Below, piece by piece: positions 16,801-24,394 of a stretch of DNA of 64,000 nt (its first letter is position 1; every line of letters starts with the position of its first letter). The translations under genes and the position numbers were made by a program. The stretch comes from Polyangia bacterium (lineage in GTDB: Bacteria > Myxococcota_A > Polyangia > Palsa-1104 > JAEUJZ01): positions 3,177 through 67,176 of the forward strand of contig JBGAUT010000004.1 of the NCBI GenBank assembly GCA_044228505.1, written 5' to 3'. Below the pieces are notes generated by a model. It was not told the origin of the DNA. It saw nothing but the letters and a program-made list of their open reading frames with translations, and ran no database searches.

Positions 16801-18393
16801 CTGCCGGGTGTTGTCGGTGCGAAAGATCGGCGCGTTATCGTGAACGAACGGTAAAAACAGGTCAAAAATCGACTCCCCTTGCCGAGCAAGCTGCGCCGTC
16901 TCATCGAGCTTTTCGCGTGCCCGTTCCCCAAGCGCCGTCAAGCGAGGCATTCCCCACATCTTGCCGAGCGCATCGCCAATCGCACTCGACGCAGCCTCAG
17001 CAACCCCACGCAACAGCGGAACGCTCAATCGCTGATATCGCGCTTTGCTGACGGGAATCGACTCCAGCCGAGAGCGCACGCGGTTCATCAGCGCGTCCCC
17101 CTGGCCCTGCTCCAGCTTCTCGCGGAAGTGACGACGCTTGTACAGTCCGGTCAGCTCGACGGAGCGCGGCATCCGCAGCGGACTACTATCGCTCGACCCG
17201 AGGTGATAGATGAACTCGTTGCGCTCGGCGATCGTCGCTGCCATCGCCGCAATCGTGCCCGCCGCCACCATATCGACCGGAATCATGTCCAAGATGGTAT
17301 TGGGCGACGCTGGAACCTGAATGTGGCCCTTTAAGACCATAAAGATCATCGGTGCGGTGGTGTTAAAGCCTTCGTTCCAGCCTGGGAACGGATAGCTCAT
17401 CGCCGACTCGACGATCGCCGGACGGACAATCGCCACCCGCACCGGCTTTTTGCCGTCTTTGCGCTCGGACTCGGGCAGCGCCGCCAGCGCACAGAGCTGA
17501 TCACCGATGCTCTTGGTGTACGTATAGGTGTTGGTGAAGCCCCAGTGCTGCGCACGCTCCATGCCCAGCTCGGTGAGTCGCTCCGCCGTCCAGGTCTTCT
17601 TTTCGCGCTGCAATGCCGCTTTGAGATGCCGTTCTTCCTCGGGATCGCGCCCTTCCTGACGCAGCCGTTCGGCCCCCTGATCGCGGAACATCGACAGGTG
17701 CGCCCGATCTTCGGCCCGGGAACGGGTCTGCTCGATCAGTCGCTCGCAGTCGGCAATCTCGGCCTCGGGATCAAAGTCCCCCTTGCGCAGGGCCGAGCCC
17801 GCTGTTCCCGATCGCTGATGCCCCGGTCGCCGAGGGAAATAGCCGATGATCGGCTCGTCTTCCCAGACCTCGCCTTCACGGCGGCCCGCCACGAAACAGG
17901 TCGAGACATGAACCACCTTGGCCCCGGTTGCCCGCGCCAGATCCATCACGTAGCGAACGCCATGGACGTTGATGCGAATCGCCGATTCCAGCGACGGATT
18001 AAACGACACCAAACCCGCCGAGTTCAAGATCACATCGAGCGGCCCATCCTGCGTCAGACGCGCCACGTCCGCATCAGACAGACCGACATTTACCCGCGAA
18101 ACGTCGCCAGCGAGCGGCACTACTTTTTCGCGCAGGTACTGCTCGGTGCCATCGCCAAACGTCTGCCGCAGCGGATCGAAGGGTCGCGACTTGGCAATCT
18201 TTTGAAAAAAGCGTGTCTCGGCGGTAAATCCCGAGCCGGGCCGCACCAGCGCATACAGTTTGCCGAGCTGCGGATACTTGCACAGCAGCATCGACATCGT
18301 CACTTTGCCGACGAAGCCGGTGCCGCCAATAAACAGGACGCGCTTGCCTTCGAGCGTCTGGCCAACGTCAAGAGGAGGAGCGGACGGGGTCAT
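13831..18393 (-). CDS. elbD: Multidomain ether-lipid type enzyme, ElbD-like. N-terminal fatty-acyl reductase (FAR/NAD_binding_4), AMP-dependent acyl ligase, ACP (phosphopantetheine site), C-terminal AGPAT/PlsC acyltransferase.
   Basis: GGTGFVGKV Rossmann and FAR-like body (aa about 15-400). AMP-binding SLIFTSGTTGRPKGVMLSH, YEGYGMTESS, YLHTGDLGRTDGKGHLYIVGRKKD (aa about 585-1150). Carrier site MQELGLDSLSFAEL (aa about 1185-1265). AGPAT motifs NHSSHLD (HX4D), FPEGTRS and VLPMYLEG (aa about 1300-1480). Lys-rich linker KAKQSKKKKKPE. Confidence 0.8.
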   Translation of the reverse strand: MTPSAPPLDVGQTLEGKRVLFIGGTGFVGKVTMSMLLCKYPQLGKLYALVRPGSGFTAETRFFQKIAKSRPFDPLRQTFGDGTEQYLREKVVPLAGDVSRVNVGLSDADVARLTQDGPLDVILNSAGLVSFNPSLESAIRINVHGVRYVMDLARATGAKVVHVSTCFVAGRREGEVWEDEPIIGYFPRRPGHQRSGTAGSALRKGDFDPEAEIADCERLIEQTRSRAEDRAHLSMFRDQGAERLRQEGRDPEEERHLKAALQREKKTWTAERLTELGMERAQHWGFTNTYTYTKSIGDQLCALAALPESERKDGKKPVRVAIVRPAIVESAMSYPFPGWNEGFNTTAPMIFMVLKGHIQVPASPNTILDMIPVDMVAAGTIAAMAATIAERNEFIYHLGSSDSSPLRMPRSVELTGLYKRRHFREKLEQGQGDALMNRVRSRLESIPVSKARYQRLSVPLLRGVAEAASSAIGDALGKMWGMPRLTALGERAREKLDETAQLARQGESIFDLFLPFVHDNAPIFRTDNTRQLYQSLTPHDQTILRWNPETINWREYMLEVHIPGLEKWIFPSLDEEFQARAKAVYTYRDMLEMIESAAKAYRGRTALRLLPPLDADGEPVGYGQRYTYRDISERASRVGETLRRMGMPVSGKVLLISENRPEWAISYFGILKAAGVVVPVDKEATLDEVLNICRWGDVYAAIVSDKVQARIDIRGSLAQAMPNVKVLSFGEALGGETRHELMPVSSLSPITLTGRAEEMASLIFTSGTTGRPKGVMLSHRNFTSLLSKMRGVFDVDKHDGLLSVLPLHHTFEFSAGLLMPLSRGAQIAYLPEVNADSLQNAFSSAHITGMVGVPALYQLLYRRITKQISDRLPSRAVPWVLRLLERLYDLTRSARERTRKALGFELNLPRALFFPVHSRFGGKLRLLISGGSALPVETMKEYRGLGFNLYEGYGMTESSPVLTVTRPGTQLLLGSVGEALPGIDVKIHEPDASGVGEVIASGPNVMLGYYNDPELTAETIKNGYLHTGDLGRTDGKGHLYIVGRKKDVIIGLNGENVYPDELEERYRETPFIKELCVVGLPEAELKDTPSPDDKGEAVACLVVPAYDAPQAEGLPREEVRDKVREHVRQVSAKLSVAKRVKILHLTDLELPKTATRKVKRKLVVEELRRLERTRRQAQAETQSGGTQASGDWLLNLLADVTGKPRSAVRPESTMQELGLDSLSFAELGVALEAAGVSVPENADITSLVSVPELQKAIAQWGRRKPQKDLPKAKQSKKKKKPETESTDDRLVLPDWLVRAGNHGLNVGQRALYERVLKTRVTGKAYLPAARQFIVAANHSSHLDMGLVKHALGDWGERLVALAAKDYFFDDPLKRVYFENFTNLIPMDRTGSLRESLRLAARVIEEGYVLLIFPEGTRSETGVMQSFKASIGYLSLHHKIDVLPMYLEGTHDAMPKGNVLPKQGTAVSAHIGPVLSYESLQKAVAKVPRTEQNREAARLVELAVRKLAPVGPNRDMPSQPE

Positions 18394-18468
18394 GGTCCGA
18401 CGAACCTACTACGAACCCCGCAAAACGGGAAGCGAGCAGCCCGATGTCCAGCCAGCTTCTTGCTTGGG

Positions 18469-19314
18469 CTACGTCCGCCACGCCACGAGGAGGTGCCATG
18501 GTCGGGCCGATTCCGCAGAAGGTTCACTCTCGCTCGCCAGCCGCTTGGCAAACTCCCGTCTCTGTTCCTCCGTCGCCTGTGGCAGAAGTCCGGCCAGCAC
18601 CGCCGGAAGCCCCAGGTGCGCCGCCCACTCCGCATGACGCATCGCAAAAGGATGAACAGACTGCTCGATCCGCTCCAGGCCAGCGCTCGCCAAGTCCCGC
18701 TTCCAGGCCGCCAGCGAGTGGTCATCCGCAGGCCCTGCAGTGGCGACTGGCGGTGCCAATCCAAGCTCGCTACGTAGTCTCGAAAGCATCGACAAAAACT
18801 GCTGCGAAGCGGGTTCCAGCAGATGCGCGGACTCCCCCACAAACTCGCTCGGAATCGACATCGCAAAGCGACCCCCGACCCGCAGCGCCCGCACCACTTG
18901 GGCCAGTAGCTCCTCCCGATGCGGTGCCAGCCAGGCTGCCGAGGAACAGACAATGCAATCCAACGCCACCGGCGCAGCTTCCCTCGCCAGCGTCTCGATG
19001 TCCCCGATCGCAAAACGAACCCCGACCGGCCACACCCTCGCCTGCGCGACCCGCAGCATCGCCCCGGCCGGGTCCACCGCCCACACCTTGGCTGATTCGC
19101 CGAGCACGTTCACCACCGCCGCGGTGGTCACACCAGTGCCACACCCCAGATCGCCCACTCGCTCACCCGCCGCAAGCCGCGCCGCCTGAACCAGCGCCGC
19201 ACTCGCGCTCGGGTAGTACGCTGACTCGTCGCAGAAGCGCTGATAGGCGGCTGCATGTTCGATCGTGTCCCACGCACTCACAATCTCAGCTTGCCTATGT
19301 CCGGGCGTACGCAT
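18469..19314 (-). CDS. Class I SAM-dependent methyltransferase. Start re-called at MRTPGHRQ.
   Basis: Motif I VGDLGCGTG, and acidic post-I residue VWAVDP. Lies immediately upstream of elbD-like in the same orientation (76-bp gap). Confidence 0.7.
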   Translation of the reverse strand: MRTPGHRQAEIVSAWDTIEHAAAYQRFCDESAYYPSASAALVQAARLAAGERVGDLGCGTGVTTAAVVNVLGESAKVWAVDPAGAMLRVAQARVWPVGVRFAIGDIETLAREAAPVALDCIVCSSAAWLAPHREELLAQVVRALRVGGRFAMSIPSEFVGESAHLLEPASQQFLSMLSRLRSELGLAPPVATAGPADDHSLAAWKRDLASAGLERIEQSVHPFAMRHAEWAAHLGLPAVLAGLLPQATEEQRREFAKRLASESEPSAESARPWHLLVAWRT

Positions 19315-19419
19315 GAGCAGACAACCGTCTGTTCTAGCGTACGGCTTTACGTGGCGCTGTCGACAGCTATGATGTGGCCGATTCATCTGGCTTCTTTTCC
19401 ACAGCTTGCGAGGACTGCC

Positions 19420-20838
19420 ATGCATCGCCGCCAAAGCGCGCTCCGTCCCACCGGACTTGTCTCCACCCTGCTTTTGTCTCTCCTAAGCTGCACCCACAAT
19501 CCATCGGCGGATCCGAGCATCCTGCTGCCTCCCACCGCTGGAACCGAGCTGCCCTCCGTTCCGCCCATCGATCTGACCGTGCAGTACAACCACACCTGGG
19601 TGCAGCAAAACGAGATCGACTTTGCGGCCTGGAGCAAAAACGGCGTCTCGGTCTCTCCGCTCGGCGGCGGTCGGGTCAAGATCGAGCTCCAGTCCAAAAA
19701 GGACGGAACGCTTGCCTGCCAAAGTGAAGACATCGATGGCGGTGCCGCCAAGTTCGACGCTGCCGCTGGACTGTGTGCCGGCACAGACCCCATGCCGAGC
19801 GGACTCCCAACCGGGGTTACCTACTATAACGGAGGCTCCTTTTATTACGGAACCATGGTCTCTCCTGAAGTTCCGATGCGCGCTCCCATCGATCACTTGA
19901 TTGCTTCGTGGAACGCGACCACACCGCCGGGAACTTGGCTGCAACTGCGAGTGCGGGTGCGACTCCCAACCGGCCTAAGTAGCTGGTACAGACTCCCGAT
20001 TTGGTCCAGTGATCCCGCCACCGTGAAGCGACACAGCGTGAAAGTGGCCGCAGATGATACTGGTTACGTAGACACCGATACGTTCGAGCTACGTAATCAA
20101 AAGACTGCGACTTCCTATCAGTTGGGAGTCACCCTATTTAGCGCCACAGGAGCCAATTCTCCGTCAGTAAACTTGGTGGCAGCAGTCGCATCACGGGATC
20201 TCCCCAGTTATCCTACGCTGCCCCCGAATCCTCGCGCCCATGGCGTAAATCTAGCGATTCCGCAGCGCTCCCAAGAGCTTCCCGAATACAAGAAACCGGA
20301 GTATCAGCCCTACGGAGGAGGCGGCGAGGTTTGGTGCAGTCCAACCTCGACCAGCATGGTCATGGAATACTGGAGTCAGGTACTCTCGGACCCACGCCTG
20401 AACCAGACTGTTCCCGACGCTGCGATCGGCTGCTATGACTGGGTCTACAAGGGGACCGGCAACTGGCCGTTTAACACCGCCTATGCCAGTACGTTCGGAC
20501 TTTCGGGATACATCACCCGCTTTTATTCCTTTTCCCACGCCGCCCCCTACCTCACGGCCGGAGTCCCCCTGATCATCAGCATCGCCTTCAAACCCGGCGA
20601 GCTGCCCGGTGCACCGATCAGCAAAACCAACGGTCATCTGATCGTTGTGCGCGGCTTTGACAAAAACGGCGACGTCATCGTCAACGATCCGGCAGCCAAG
20701 GACAACGCCTCGGTCCAGATCGTCTATCCTCGGGCCGCCCTCGAAGCAGCCTGGGCCCACTCCCATCGCACCGCCTACCTCATCTATCCCACGACCTGGC
20801 TCGACAGTCATCCTCCGACAGCCGTTCGTCCGCTATAA
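19420..20838 (+). CDS. Lipoprotein with C-terminal peptidase C39-like (papain-fold) domain. Start re-called at MHRRQSAL.
   Basis: Signal plus lipobox LLSC. C39-like catalytic context CSPTSTSMVMEYW (Cys), GHLIVVRGFD (His) and NDPA. No transporter fusion. Confidence 0.6.
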   Translation: MHRRQSALRPTGLVSTLLLSLLSCTHNPSADPSILLPPTAGTELPSVPPIDLTVQYNHTWVQQNEIDFAAWSKNGVSVSPLGGGRVKIELQSKKDGTLACQSEDIDGGAAKFDAAAGLCAGTDPMPSGLPTGVTYYNGGSFYYGTMVSPEVPMRAPIDHLIASWNATTPPGTWLQLRVRVRLPTGLSSWYRLPIWSSDPATVKRHSVKVAADDTGYVDTDTFELRNQKTATSYQLGVTLFSATGANSPSVNLVAAVASRDLPSYPTLPPNPRAHGVNLAIPQRSQELPEYKKPEYQPYGGGGEVWCSPTSTSMVMEYWSQVLSDPRLNQTVPDAAIGCYDWVYKGTGNWPFNTAYASTFGLSGYITRFYSFSHAAPYLTAGVPLIISIAFKPGELPGAPISKTNGHLIVVRGFDKNGDVIVNDPAAKDNASVQIVYPRAALEAAWAHSHRTAYLIYPTTWLDSHPPTAVRPL

Positions 20839-20888
20839 CAGACGGCGTCTACTGAGACGGTAGCCGAGCCCGCGCAGCACTCGTCAGC

Positions 20889-22430
20889 TTAGGAATTCCA
20901 GCCGGGCGGACAGAGGGCAGAGGACACCCAGTTGCCATGGAAGCCGGGCGGAATGTGGTGCGGTAGCTCGGCCACACACACCGTCGATAGATCGCGGGCG
21001 TCCAGGATGTACAGGGAAGAGCGGTGCTCACTGCCGTGATAAACGACGGTTAAGATCCAGCCATCGTCTTCGCCGCTGCCACCGGGCCGAGGGACCATCA
21101 CCGGCTCACCGGGAATCCCTGGCGCAAAGTCACGCAGCTTGGTCTGCTTGGCATCGGTATCGATCCGCGCAATCGCCGAAAACAGTCCATGCGGAGCATC
21201 AGGAGTCGCCGACACCGTATACGAGTAGCGGTACGGGAGTCCTTGATGCGCGGGATGAACTCGCGGTAGCTCCGACGAAAAACCACCCAACGAAGACTCG
21301 GTCACCGCAGTGCCTTCCTCAGCCGTTGGATTCACCACGTAGCGCGTCAACTGAACGTGCGGAATGTCCGAGATATGACCAGCCAGAAGCTCTCCTGGAC
21401 GTGGCGCATCGGGGAAGTGTTCCTGACGACAACCATCGATCACCACGCAGCCGCTTTCATCCTCGTAGGCATTCACAAAGTGCAGCACAAAGCAGGGCGA
21501 GGCTTGGTATTCCCGAACCGGTCCGCCATCTCGGGGAATCAGCAGAATGCGCGTCTTGCCTCCCTCGACCTCATGCACAGAGCCGGAAGGAGGCCGCCCC
21601 ATCAGCGTTGGGAACATCGGCAGCGACACCGGAAACAGAAACAGAATCTGCCAGTTGGGAGTGAGCAGGAAGTCATGGCCAAGCAGTGGTGCGGAAAGCG
21701 GAATCTCTCGCGTCACCGTCAGCGCAACTCCAGAACGAATCGTATACAGAAGCACCTTGGGATGCCGCCCCAGATAGAGTCCGAAGTTATACAGATCACC
21801 GGTCTGGGGATCGACCTTGGGATGCGCAGAAAACGGTAGCTCGGGAAGCATCACTCGGTCGAGAAGCGGCCCGCGATTCTTGAGCGCACCAAAGAAATCG
21901 TAGCGCTCCAGCGTATCGAGCGACACCGGATCAAGCAGATGCGGCAGTCCGCCCTCCCACAGCGCAAACAGGCGTCCGTGGTGATAGATCACGCTGGTAT
22001 TGGCGACGTTTTTTAGGTGAGTCCGAAAGAAGTTGCCGAAGAACCCGCCAGCCCGATTGGTACCAAAGTTGCGATACAGGAGTCGTCCAGCGCGCTGTTC
22101 GTAGACAAACTCCGTGGTGCGAACATAGCTGTTGCGATAGCGGATGCAGGGGCGACCGTGGGAATCGGTGCAACCAATGGCAAAGCGAATCACCATCCCA
22201 TCGCCGTCTATCAGGTGACCGTAGGTCTGCCCGTGGTTTTCAAACCGCCCTGGCCCATTGCGAAACAGCACCCCACGCAGGTCCGCTGGTAGCTGTCCTT
22301 CGCGGATGGGAAGGACCGCTTGAACCTCTTGCGTGACGGGCTGATGGGCCGCGACGTAGCTTTTTACAATCGCGTGCTCTGTGTTCATGCGCGAATCCAG
22401 GCGACTCAAGCTTGGTACGATTCCAGCCAC
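20889..22430 (-). CDS. Carotenoid cleavage dioxygenase (RPE65/CCD family). Alternative start at 22388 (MNTEHAIV).
   Basis: Four-His iron-ligand context typical of CCDs, including the C-terminal HHIPPGFHGNW. NFFRTHLKNVANTSVIYHHGRLFALWE. Length about 500 aa. Confidence 0.8.
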   Translation of the reverse strand: MAGIVPSLSRLDSRMNTEHAIVKSYVAAHQPVTQEVQAVLPIREGQLPADLRGVLFRNGPGRFENHGQTYGHLIDGDGMVIRFAIGCTDSHGRPCIRYRNSYVRTTEFVYEQRAGRLLYRNFGTNRAGGFFGNFFRTHLKNVANTSVIYHHGRLFALWEGGLPHLLDPVSLDTLERYDFFGALKNRGPLLDRVMLPELPFSAHPKVDPQTGDLYNFGLYLGRHPKVLLYTIRSGVALTVTREIPLSAPLLGHDFLLTPNWQILFLFPVSLPMFPTLMGRPPSGSVHEVEGGKTRILLIPRDGGPVREYQASPCFVLHFVNAYEDESGCVVIDGCRQEHFPDAPRPGELLAGHISDIPHVQLTRYVVNPTAEEGTAVTESSLGGFSSELPRVHPAHQGLPYRYSYTVSATPDAPHGLFSAIARIDTDAKQTKLRDFAPGIPGEPVMVPRPGGSGEDDGWILTVVYHGSEHRSSLYILDARDLSTVCVAELPHHIPPGFHGNWVSSALCPPGWNS

Positions 22431-22515
22431 GACAGCGCCTCGGAGTCAAGGTCCGCCGCAAAGTCCGCGCAGTCGTTCATGGTTTCGCCCGTGCGGTGCT
22501 GGGAAATAAACGCCG

Positions 22516-23604
22516 TCAGCGTAAGAACTGCTCGCGCAGCCGCAAGTGCTCAGGAACTGGGAACTTTTGCAGTCGCTCACGAATCGGTCGTCCGCTGCCC
22601 AGGGTGCTTCGAAAGCGCTGGAGCCGGGCGGCACTCTCGGCGATGCGGTCGCGAACGGTTGAGCTGTTCTCCGCAGCACGGATCAGGGCTTCTTCGGCGC
22701 GCTGAAGTCGCTCGGGTTCCTGGCAAAACAAAAAGGTGTCGCAGCCCGCCAGCAGGCTCTCGACCACCACTCCGCTGTCATCGGGAATTCCGAGCTGCCC
22801 GGCGGTCACGGCCTTCATATCGAGATCATCTGAGACCACGAGCCCGTCATAGCCAAGCTGGGTGCGCAGGATGTCGTGCAGCCACGTTCGTGACAACGTG
22901 GCCGGGCGCTCATCAACGGCTGGATAGACGACGTGGGCGGTCATCAGCATGCCGATCCGCGCCGCAATCGACCGTTGAAACGGCAACAGCTCGACCGCCC
23001 TCAGCGTTTCGAGATCACGCCGCACCGTGGGCAGCGTTAGGTGCGAGTCCGTCTCGGTATCCCCGTGCCCTGGAAAGTGTTTGCCGCAGCCCCGCAGGCC
23101 GGGCTCGCTTTCCAAGCCGCGCAGGTACGCCAGTGCCCGCGTAGCCGCTGCATCCGGATCGGTCCCAAACGCTCGGTCGCCGATGATCGGGTTGGCGGGG
23201 TTGGTATGCACATCGAGCACTGGCGCAAAGCTGACGTTGAAGCCGCACCCGGCCAGCTCCCACGCCATCGCTCGGCCTACCGATTCCGCCAGCTTGGGCG
23301 GTTTGTCGGCCAAGTTCATCATCGGCGGCCAGACCGTCACTTGCCCCCGCAGCCGCTGCACCCGTCCACCTTCGTGGTCTATCGCCAAGATCGGCGGTGG
23401 CAATCGGCGCTCCGGGTCCGGCACATAGCCACTCATCACCGCTTCGAGATCGTCTCCAATCGCCATCGCGTCATCAGGCGCGGTGAAGTTGCGACGGAAG
23501 AAAATCAGCCCGGCAAAGTCTCCTCGACCAAAGCGCCTCGCCAGCGCCTCCGGCAAACGGGGACCGTGAAATCCGACGATGAACAGCTCAGCGGGACTCG
23601 GCAA
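22516..23604 (-). CDS. nagZ: Beta-N-acetylhexosaminidase (GH3, NagZ)
   Basis: KHFPGHGDTETDSH catalytic motif, LAIDHEGGRVQR, GFNVSFAPVLDV. Confidence 0.8.
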   Translation of the reverse strand: MPSPAELFIVGFHGPRLPEALARRFGRGDFAGLIFFRRNFTAPDDAMAIGDDLEAVMSGYVPDPERRLPPPILAIDHEGGRVQRLRGQVTVWPPMMNLADKPPKLAESVGRAMAWELAGCGFNVSFAPVLDVHTNPANPIIGDRAFGTDPDAAATRALAYLRGLESEPGLRGCGKHFPGHGDTETDSHLTLPTVRRDLETLRAVELLPFQRSIAARIGMLMTAHVVYPAVDERPATLSRTWLHDILRTQLGYDGLVVSDDLDMKAVTAGQLGIPDDSGVVVESLLAGCDTFLFCQEPERLQRAEEALIRAAENSSTVRDRIAESAARLQRFRSTLGSGRPIRERLQKFPVPEHLRLREQFLR

Positions 23605-24355
23605 GCGGCGCTCCTTGAAGATGTAAATGATACCCCACCACGGCTAGCGTAGCGACGACGGCAGTCTCGGCACGAAGGATGAGTGGTCCCAGGCTCACCG
23701 CCGCAAACCCGGCAGCCTGGGCCGCAGCCACCTCTCCAGGGGCAAGCCCACCTTCGGGTCCAATCAGCATGCTCACCGCCAGACCACCCGCACCATCTGC
23801 CGAGATTGGCAGGAGCACTTGACCGAGCGGTGGGGCCGAGCCCTCAAAGAGCAGCAGCTTCTGCCCCTGTGCATCCGCCAGCGCCTCGGCAAACGACATC
23901 GGGAGTGAGATTTCGGGAACATCAGCTCGCCGACACTGCTGCGCGGCATGACGGGCGATCTCGATCCAGCGACGCCGTTTCTGCTCGGCACGCTCTTTGG
24001 CAAGCTGCGGGACGCTCCGCTCGCAGGCCACCGGCACGATCCGGCTTACCCCCAGCTCGGTCGCTTTCTGAATCACGAAGTCCTGTTTGTCGCCCTTGAG
24101 CAGTCCCTGAAGCAACACCAGCCGGGCCCGCAGACTCTCTACGGGAGATATCTGCGACACCGCAAGCTCGATGGTTTGCTCACCGACTTGGGCAACCTGC
24201 GACTCTGCTGTAAGACCTTGACCGTCCAGCAGCGTCACCAGCGCGCCGGGCCTCAGCCGCAGCACATGGACCAAGTAGTGATGCTCGGCCCCATCGAGTA
24301 CGACGTGCGGACCAAGCTTTTCTTTGGGAATGAACAGCCGAGCCCGCGTTGCCAT
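23588..24355 (-). CDS. rsmE: 16S rRNA (uracil1498-N3)-methyltransferase RsmE
   Basis: About 250 aa. PUA-like N-terminus, LLQGLLKGDKQDFVIQKATELGV, and a C-terminal SPOUT knot GPEGGLAPGE...SLGPLILRAETA. Confidence 0.8.
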   Translation of the reverse strand: MATRARLFIPKEKLGPHVVLDGAEHHYLVHVLRLRPGALVTLLDGQGLTAESQVAQVGEQTIELAVSQISPVESLRARLVLLQGLLKGDKQDFVIQKATELGVSRIVPVACERSVPQLAKERAEQKRRRWIEIARHAAQQCRRADVPEISLPMSFAEALADAQGQKLLLFEGSAPPLGQVLLPISADGAGGLAVSMLIGPEGGLAPGEVAAAQAAGFAAVSLGPLILRAETAVVATLAVVGYHLHLQGAPLAESR

Positions 24356-24394
24356 CGCCGGTTCGCTACTGGGAAAACGCCCGAGGAAAGGACA

